In this document: piece by piece, positions 58,522-64,000 of the stretch
How positions within the stretch are numbered: the stretch's first letter is position 1
Layout of the letters: every line of letters starts with the position of its first letter
Assembly: GCA_963713825.1 (NCBI GenBank)
Contig: CAVQNG010000001.1
Coordinates: 320,001 to 384,000 of the forward strand
Origin: an uncultured Acidobacteriota bacterium
Lineage (GTDB): Bacteria; Acidobacteriota; Thermoanaerobaculia; Multivoradales; JAHEKO01
Reading direction: 5' to 3'
DNA length: 64,000 nt
Notes under the pieces: model-generated
Told to the model about the DNA's origin: nothing
Database searches by the model: none
The model's input: the letters and a program-made list of their open reading frames with translations, nothing else
Translations under genes and position numbers: made by a program

Positions 58522-59025
58522 TTGAGCAAGCGGCGAAGAGCGCGAGAGATGGCCATCCAGATGCTCTATCAGAGCGACATGGGGCAGGAGTCCTGTGACA
58601 GGGTTCTGACGGACTTCAAGCCGGGTGACTACCTGAGTGAGGAAAGCGATGAGACTCCTGCGGAATCTCTGCGAGCGGTACCCGCTGTCGACTCGTCTGT
58701 TCGTAATGAGGCAGAGCTCGACAGCGCCCTGGAGTATGCCAAGACTCTCGTACGAGGTACGCTGGAGCATCTGGAGCATATCGACAAGCTGATACGCCAG
58801 CAGGCCGAGCACTGGAGGTTGGAGCGGATGCCGCCAGTCGATCGCAACATCCTGAGGCTCGCCGTGTATGAGTTCCTCTTCGAGGCCGACGTTCCCAAAC
58901 TCGTCATTTTGGACGAAGCCATCGAGCTTGCAAAAGAGTTTGGCACCGAGCAGTCCGGGCGTTTCGTGAACGGCGTTCTCGACGGAATACTCAAGAGTCA
59001 TAGCTTGCCAGGGAGCCTCACTTGA
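58522..59025 (+). CDS. nusB: Transcription antitermination factor NusB
   Basis: RRRAREMAIQMLY, WRLERM..VDRNILR, EAIELAK.F, FVNGVLD; TTG start after GGAG. Confidence 0.95.
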   Translation: MSKRRRAREMAIQMLYQSDMGQESCDRVLTDFKPGDYLSEESDETPAESLRAVPAVDSSVRNEAELDSALEYAKTLVRGTLEHLEHIDKLIRQQAEHWRLERMPPVDRNILRLAVYEFLFEADVPKLVILDEAIELAKEFGTEQSGRFVNGVLDGILKSHSLPGSLT

Positions 59026-59071
59026 GCGATTTCACAAGCGGCAGCCTGGCTTCGGGACTGCGGAGGTCGAA

Positions 59072-59593
59072 TTGAAACAGAGAATCCTTCTGACGCTACT
59101 GGCGCCGGCTCTCCTCGGGCTACTCGGCTGTGGTTACGGGCTGATGGGCCGGACCAGCAATTTGCCCGAAGACGTGACCCATATCTTCGTGGAAACTCTG
59201 CAGAACCGGACCACGCGATCTCGGATCGAGCTGCAGCTGACGCAATCCATCATCGACGAGCTGGTAACCCGACGACGCTACACGATCGTGCGGAGCAAAG
59301 CGGAGGCCGATGCCATCCTGAGCGGTGCGCTGACCTCCTTTATTGTCAGGCCGGTGCAATTCGGGGCGGATGGGCGGGCCACGGACTACGAGATCACGAT
59401 TCGGGCAGATATGGATCTGATCCGAACAGGCTCGGACGAGGTCCTATGGGGCCAGGATGACTACATGTTCAAAGGTGACTACGCGTTGGAGCTCGGAGAG
59501 AACACGGTGTTCGACTTCGAGGACGCTACCATCGCGGTTGTAGGGCGAGAGTTCGCTCAATCGGTTGTCATCGATTTGATGGAAGGGTTCTAG
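59072..59593 (+). CDS. lptE: LPS assembly lipoprotein LptE-like
   Basis: Lipobox LLGCGY, NRT, ADAILSG; adjacent to rpsT. Confidence 0.8.
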   Translation: MKQRILLTLLAPALLGLLGCGYGLMGRTSNLPEDVTHIFVETLQNRTTRSRIELQLTQSIIDELVTRRRYTIVRSKAEADAILSGALTSFIVRPVQFGADGRATDYEITIRADMDLIRTGSDEVLWGQDDYMFKGDYALELGENTVFDFEDATIAVVGREFAQSVVIDLMEGF

Positions 59594-59622
59594 GAAGGCC
59601 CTTCGTTCCAGACAGAATCTCC

Positions 59623-59662
59623 AAAAAAGAAAACGCCTCGGGGCCGTGGGCCTCGAGGCGTT
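59623..59662 (-). terminator. Intrinsic terminator after rpsT
   Basis: AACGCCTCGGGGCC-GTG-GGCCTCGAGGCGTT with an A-run on its left (U-tract on the minus strand). Confidence 0.8.
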
Positions 59663-59689
59663 GGTCATTGCGAGCTAACAAGCGCTGAG

Positions 59690-59959
59690 TTAGCTGGTCT
59701 CTAGATTCGCCACAGCCTGCGACAACCGCGACTTGGTCCGCGCGGCGGCGTTGCGGTGGATGATCTTCTTTTGGGCTGTCGTGTCGATCAACTTGAGAGT
59801 GTCGGGTAGGAGCTCTTGAGCTTTACTGACATCTCCGGCACTCACAGCTTCTCGTAGCTGCCGGACCGCCCGACGCATGCGAGACCGCTGCGATCGATTG
59901 CGATCCCTATCGCGCTCTGTCTGGCCGATTCGTTTCTCGGCTGATTTGATATTCGCCAT
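59690..59959 (-). CDS. rpsT: 30S ribosomal protein S20
   Basis: MANIKSAEKR...IIHRNAAARTKSRL. Confidence 0.97.
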   Translation of the reverse strand: MANIKSAEKRIGQTERDRDRNRSQRSRMRRAVRQLREAVSAGDVSKAQELLPDTLKLIDTTAQKKIIHRNAAARTKSRLSQAVANLETS

Positions 59960-60049
59960 CTACACCGTTCCTTTTCGAGTCTGCCTTGGATTGGATTTCT
60001 TGGCCACCGCGCGCGATTGGCGCGACGGCGGGGCAGTGTAGCCCGATCC

Positions 60050-60853
60050 CTATCCCGAGTCAACTCCGAGAGCGGCCAGTCGCTGTCGAGCCAGATTCGC
60101 TTCGTCGGTCCGCGGGTATTCACGAATTACATGCTGTAGCTGCAAGATTCCCTGTTCGCTCTCACCCAGCTCCAAGTAGGCATAGCCCTTCTTGAGCAGC
60201 GCGCTGGCCAACTTGTCGCTGCGCGGGTAGCGGCGAAGAATGGAGTCGAACTCGCGAATGGCCTGCTGATACTTGGCCTGGCTGAAGAACGACTCGCCGA
60301 TCCAATAGGCCGCATTGTCGGCCAGCTCGGTATCGGGGAAAGTCTCCAGATACTGCCTGAACCCCAGAATCGCCAGATCGTAGTTTCCCCGAAGATAATC
60401 GTTGTAGGCTGTTTGGTACAGGGATTGGGGATCCGACGGCGGGGTCATCGGCGGCTGAGAAGTTTCGGCCGGACCCCCGGTAGCACCGAGGGTCGTCCGT
60501 ACGGACTTGAGCTCTTGATTCGTGGCAGCGATCTGCTGCGACAGCTGAGAGAGCCGATAGTTCGTGTCCTCGAGATTCGCCTCCAGCTGGTCGATCTGCA
60601 TGGAGAGATTCTGCACCGCGACCTGAACGTCTGCTTCGGACTTCAGGAGAGACTCGGTGTGAGCCGAGATCTGTAGCTGAAGATCGCCGACCTCCTCCTT
60701 GCTGGAGGTCTGCTTCTGAAGCACAAGAACCTGCCGCTGAATGTCGGAGAGTTGGGTATGCAACTCCTCGATGTCGCTGCTGGAAACGCAGGCACCGAGG
60801 AGGAGCGGTAGCACAAGAAGGAACAGTGGTCTTGACACTTTCACGATCGTCAC
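60050..60853 (-). CDS. cpoB: Tol-Pal system protein YbgF/CpoB
   Basis: Lipobox LGAC, coiled coil, TPR (LADNAAYWIGE, ALLKKG); follows pal. Confidence 0.92.
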   Translation of the reverse strand: MTIVKVSRPLFLLVLPLLLGACVSSSDIEELHTQLSDIQRQVLVLQKQTSSKEEVGDLQLQISAHTESLLKSEADVQVAVQNLSMQIDQLEANLEDTNYRLSQLSQQIAATNQELKSVRTTLGATGGPAETSQPPMTPPSDPQSLYQTAYNDYLRGNYDLAILGFRQYLETFPDTELADNAAYWIGESFFSQAKYQQAIREFDSILRRYPRSDKLASALLKKGYAYLELGESEQGILQLQHVIREYPRTDEANLARQRLAALGVDSG

Positions 60854-60868
60854 CTGTCCTATCAGCCG

Positions 60869-61438
60869 TTAGTTGCGGCCTCGGATCACGAAGTGGGCGC
60901 GGCGATTCCGCCACCAGCACGCCTCGCTCGTCTCCTGGCATTGCGGCCGTTCTTCTCCAAAGCTGACGATCTGGATGGGACCGGCTGGAATGCCCAAAGA
61001 CATGAGGTAGTTCTTGGCGGCATTGGCTCGCCGGTCGCCGAGCGCGAGATTGTACTCGGCAGTACCTCGCTCGTCGCAGTGCCCCTCGATCAGCATCTGG
61101 AACTCGGGATGGGCACGCAGAAAATCGGCGTTCTTCGCCAAGCGTTCTCGGGCCTCGGGTTTGAGGTCGTACTTGTCGAAGTCGAAGTAGACATCTCCGA
61201 GCAGACCCTGCTCGTAGGCTGCGACGTTCGCGGTCTCGATGTCCTCACTGAAGGGATCGGAGTAGGTCTCGTCAACGCTTTGCGGCGGCACCGGAACCAC
61301 GATCTCTTCCACTGGCTCTTGAACCTCTTGGAGCTCGATCGTTTCTGTTGGTGCGGGCTTCTTCTTCGGGCAACCGACAAACAACAGCGAAACTGCCAAA
61401 ACTCCTACCCAGACCGTCACCAGGGACTTACGGTTCAT
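60869..61438 (-). CDS. pal: Peptidoglycan-associated lipoprotein
   Basis: Lipobox FVGC; YFDFDK, IEGHCDERGTAEYNLALGDRRA, NRR. Confidence 0.96.
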   Translation of the reverse strand: MNRKSLVTVWVGVLAVSLLFVGCPKKKPAPTETIELQEVQEPVEEIVVPVPPQSVDETYSDPFSEDIETANVAAYEQGLLGDVYFDFDKYDLKPEARERLAKNADFLRAHPEFQMLIEGHCDERGTAEYNLALGDRRANAAKNYLMSLGIPAGPIQIVSFGEERPQCQETSEACWWRNRRAHFVIRGRN

Positions 61439-61561
61439 TGAGGCACTCCTTGCTTTCGGAAAGTGGCGTTTGACGTCCAAATCTGCTTTTTGAAACGAAA
61501 ACCTCGCGCCAACTTTAGCAGAACGTTCCGCGGACCATCAATAGCGGAGCGAAGATCCGAC

Positions 61562-62956
61562 CTACTCCTTGAAACCGGACCAGACCGGTGCGGAGTTGTT
61601 ACCCTCGGACGTCAGTTGCTTTCGGTTGCCGCCCGTTGCATCCATCACATAAATCTGAGTTGTAGTTCTATCTCTGGTCGTTCGCTTGAGCGTATAGAGA
61701 ATTCGACGCCCATCGGGCGAGAACGATGGGGTCTCGTTGCTGCCGCCGCCGTTGGTCAAGAGCCGGCTCTCCAAGGTGACGACATCCGCCACTGCAACGT
61801 CGAAATTGCCGGTACGACGTGACGCATAGACCAGTCGGGTTCCGTCCGGGCTCCAGGCGGCACCGTCGTTGTAGTTGCCTTCGAAGGTCACCCTACGAAG
61901 ATTGGCGCCTTCCGCATCCATGATGTAGATCTGGGGAGAGCCGGTGCGGCTCGATGTGAACGCGATCTCTCTGCCGCTGGGGCTCCAGGCCGGATTCGTA
62001 TCGATGCCAGAGGAATGGGTCAATTGCTGCAATGCGCTGCCATCCCGGTTGCAGAGGAAGATCTCGGTGTTGCCGTCGCCGATCGAACGGGCGAATGCCA
62101 TTTTGAGGCCATCGGGAGAAAACGAAGGTGAGATATTCAATGAGCCCGTGGTGATGACAGGCGTCTTTCGCCCACTGCTGAGATCCACCAAGTAGATGCT
62201 GGGAGAGCCCGAGTAGTAGGAGATATATGCGATCTCGCGTCCATTCGGATTCCATTCCGGCGACATGGAGATCGACTTGTGGGCCGTGATGGGGCGCTGA
62301 TTCGCACCATCGGCGTCCATCAGGTAGATCTCCTTGAATCCACTTCGGTCGGCAGCGAACGCGATGCTGGTCAGCGCCAGCCCCTGTCGGCCACTGAAGT
62401 AGAGAATGATCTCGTCGGCGAAGGTGTGGGCAATGCGGCGGGCAATCGAGGGATCCCCTCTGTACCGCTTGCCGAGCACGACCTTCCCGCTCGCCAGATC
62501 GAAGACCCGGCCCTCGAGAATCAGGCGTCCCTGGTCTTGCTTGACGTCGGCTCTCAGGAGCAACTCGTTGCGCAGCGACCGGTAGAGCTCGAAATCCCGT
62601 TCATCGCTGCCTGTGAGTGTCAGGACAGAAAGCTGCGTTGGCCCTTGCACGTCGAAAACACCGCTCTGATCGAGATCGGTTCTCAGGGTCTGCTCCAGCA
62701 GGTCGGCTGCTTCTCGTACCTGCGGACCGAGAGTCCCCTCCCTCTGAATTGCCGGCATGGCCATTCGAAACCGCGACCGTTGACGTCCCTCGAGGACAAC
62801 GCTGACTTCGGGATCGCTGAGTTGTTCGTCCGTAGGGGGCGTCGATTGCTGGCCAGGGGCAGCGCCGGGGACCAACCACAGGACTGCCGCGGTCGAAAGA
62901 GATAGGGCAATCGTATTCAAAGCTCGCGTCATGCTGAAGATTCCTTGCCAGTTCAT
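61562..62956 (-). CDS. tolB: Tol-Pal beta-propeller protein
   Basis: TolB N-domain and PD40 repeats (PxWSPxG); start could be 62932. Confidence 0.94.
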   Translation of the reverse strand: MNWQGIFSMTRALNTIALSLSTAAVLWLVPGAAPGQQSTPPTDEQLSDPEVSVVLEGRQRSRFRMAMPAIQREGTLGPQVREAADLLEQTLRTDLDQSGVFDVQGPTQLSVLTLTGSDERDFELYRSLRNELLLRADVKQDQGRLILEGRVFDLASGKVVLGKRYRGDPSIARRIAHTFADEIILYFSGRQGLALTSIAFAADRSGFKEIYLMDADGANQRPITAHKSISMSPEWNPNGREIAYISYYSGSPSIYLVDLSSGRKTPVITTGSLNISPSFSPDGLKMAFARSIGDGNTEIFLCNRDGSALQQLTHSSGIDTNPAWSPSGREIAFTSSRTGSPQIYIMDAEGANLRRVTFEGNYNDGAAWSPDGTRLVYASRRTGNFDVAVADVVTLESRLLTNGGGSNETPSFSPDGRRILYTLKRTTRDRTTTQIYVMDATGGNRKQLTSEGNNSAPVWSGFKE

Positions 62957-63720
62957 CGAAGAATGAGATTGACCCCTAGAGACTTGTGCTGGTAGCTCTG
63001 GGGAAGTCGGGGGAAGGGTGCCGCTTGTTGCACGGCCCGTAGGCCAGCCAGATCGAAGGAGTTGTATCCCGAGGACTGAGAGACCCGCACATCCGAGATA
63101 GTGCCGTCCCGACCGATTCGAAAGTGAACCGCAGCTTCGACCTGTCCACCGATCGACGGCCGCAGCCAGTTGGCGCTGATCATGGCCAGCATTTGATCGA
63201 CGTAGTAGCTGTAGACGAAGTCCGGGTTATCGAGTCCGCCAACCGTGGCACCCAATGGTGATGTGCCCAGCGAGCTGCCAAGAGGGGAGCCCAGCCGCTG
63301 GCCGAGGTCGGCACCGGACCTCGAGTCCTGTCTGGAACTGGGCTGAGATTGCGGACTCTCTGCAGGCTTCGGGGTACTCCGTGCGTTCTGGTTCGGTTCG
63401 GGCAGCGCAACCTGCTCGGCCGGCAATGGCTCTGGCTCCGGTTCCGGCTCGGCCTCCTGCACTGGTGGCGCTGGTTTTGGCTTGGCTTTTTGGACGGGGG
63501 CTGGAGCAGGGGAAGTGACTCCAAGCGCCTGGACTGGAACGATCTGCACTGCGACGAATTCCAAGGGTTCGGGATCGCCGGCTGTAACCAGAGGCGCCAG
63601 TAGCACAGTCGCGAACAGAAGAACGTGCAAACCGAGGGACAGTAGAACGCTCGGCTTTCGATAAGCCTCGGATCCGCTTCGAATGCGGCTCGATAGCAGT
63701 GTGTCTAGATTCTGGTGCAC
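62953..63720 (-). CDS. TolA/TonB family energy transducer
   Basis: SLGLH TM motif, Pro-rich linker, TonB C-terminal domain (SSG..SFD.A.LRAV..AAPFP.LP). Confidence 0.88.
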   Translation of the reverse strand: MHQNLDTLLSSRIRSGSEAYRKPSVLLSLGLHVLLFATVLLAPLVTAGDPEPLEFVAVQIVPVQALGVTSPAPAPVQKAKPKPAPPVQEAEPEPEPEPLPAEQVALPEPNQNARSTPKPAESPQSQPSSRQDSRSGADLGQRLGSPLGSSLGTSPLGATVGGLDNPDFVYSYYVDQMLAMISANWLRPSIGGQVEAAVHFRIGRDGTISDVRVSQSSGYNSFDLAGLRAVQQAAPFPRLPQSYQHKSLGVNLILR

Positions 63721-63737
63721 GTTGTGGGCGCTATCAA

Positions 63738-64000
63738 CTAGTCGAGCTGTTCTGTGACCATGCCGACCTGGAGAATGCCGCCCTGGTTCAGGATGGCCAG
63801 AATCTCCATGATGGTCCCATAGGGTAGCTCGCGGTCTCCCTTGAGAAAGACGGTGTCTTCGTCGCGCGCCTCCAGGAGGGGCGCCAAGCGCTCCAAGAGC
63901 TGGCTGGGATGGATCGGCTCGTCTTGTACATACACCAGGCCGTCTCGGTTGACTGAGAGAACAAGGGGGTCATCCACCCTGAGAGTGATCGGATCGGCGT
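63738..64000 (-). CDS. tolR: TolR/ExbD family protein (partial, runs off window)
   Basis: VFLKGDRELPYG.IMEIL..L...G...VGMVT; upstream of tolA-tolB-pal. Confidence 0.88.
   Translation of the reverse strand, partial: ADPITLRVDDPLVLSVNRDGLVYVQDEPIHPSQLLERLAPLLEARDEDTVFLKGDRELPYGTIMEILAILNQGGILQVGMVTEQLD

Overview
GC-rich bacterial chromosomal window. Gene content and the secreted xFxDGFExGDxxxW-tagged proteins suggest an Acidobacteriota (Thermoanaerobaculia-like) genome; this is inference only. Layout: (1) 1-22.4 kb housekeeping block: RomR-like response regulator C-terminus, valS, birA, coaX, DnaD-like hypothetical, comEC, miaA-hfq, TPR/SLH lipoprotein, dnaE, tRNA nucleotidyltransferase, rsmD, rex with a Rex box, tRNA-Leu(CAG), rnr, der, IHF, MerR, tRNA-Pro(GGG). 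(2) 22.4-34.8 kb accessory region after tRNA-Pro: gene remnants, lipoproteins, four unrelated secreted proteins sharing a DGFE-xGD-W terminal tag around a CPBP protease, PilZ, and a csp gene with a terminator-containing leader. (3) A four-gene operon of nucleotidyltransferase, atypical GHMP kinase (probable CTG start), Na+/solute symporter and Tat-exported GH109. (4) An uncharacterised DUF6599-like/DUF362/DUF362/polyferredoxin membrane module and a double FKBP. (5) A selenocysteine NAD-linked formate dehydrogenase (in-frame UGA plus SECIS, split in the ORF track) with a fused NuoE-NuoF partner. (6) icmF, a single-chain beta-alpha methylmalonyl-CoA mutase fusion, and meaB. (7) nusB, lptE, rpsT and the tol-pal operon. 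No integrase, transposase, CRISPR array or rRNA was seen. All family calls are from motif recognition by eye; no database search was run.
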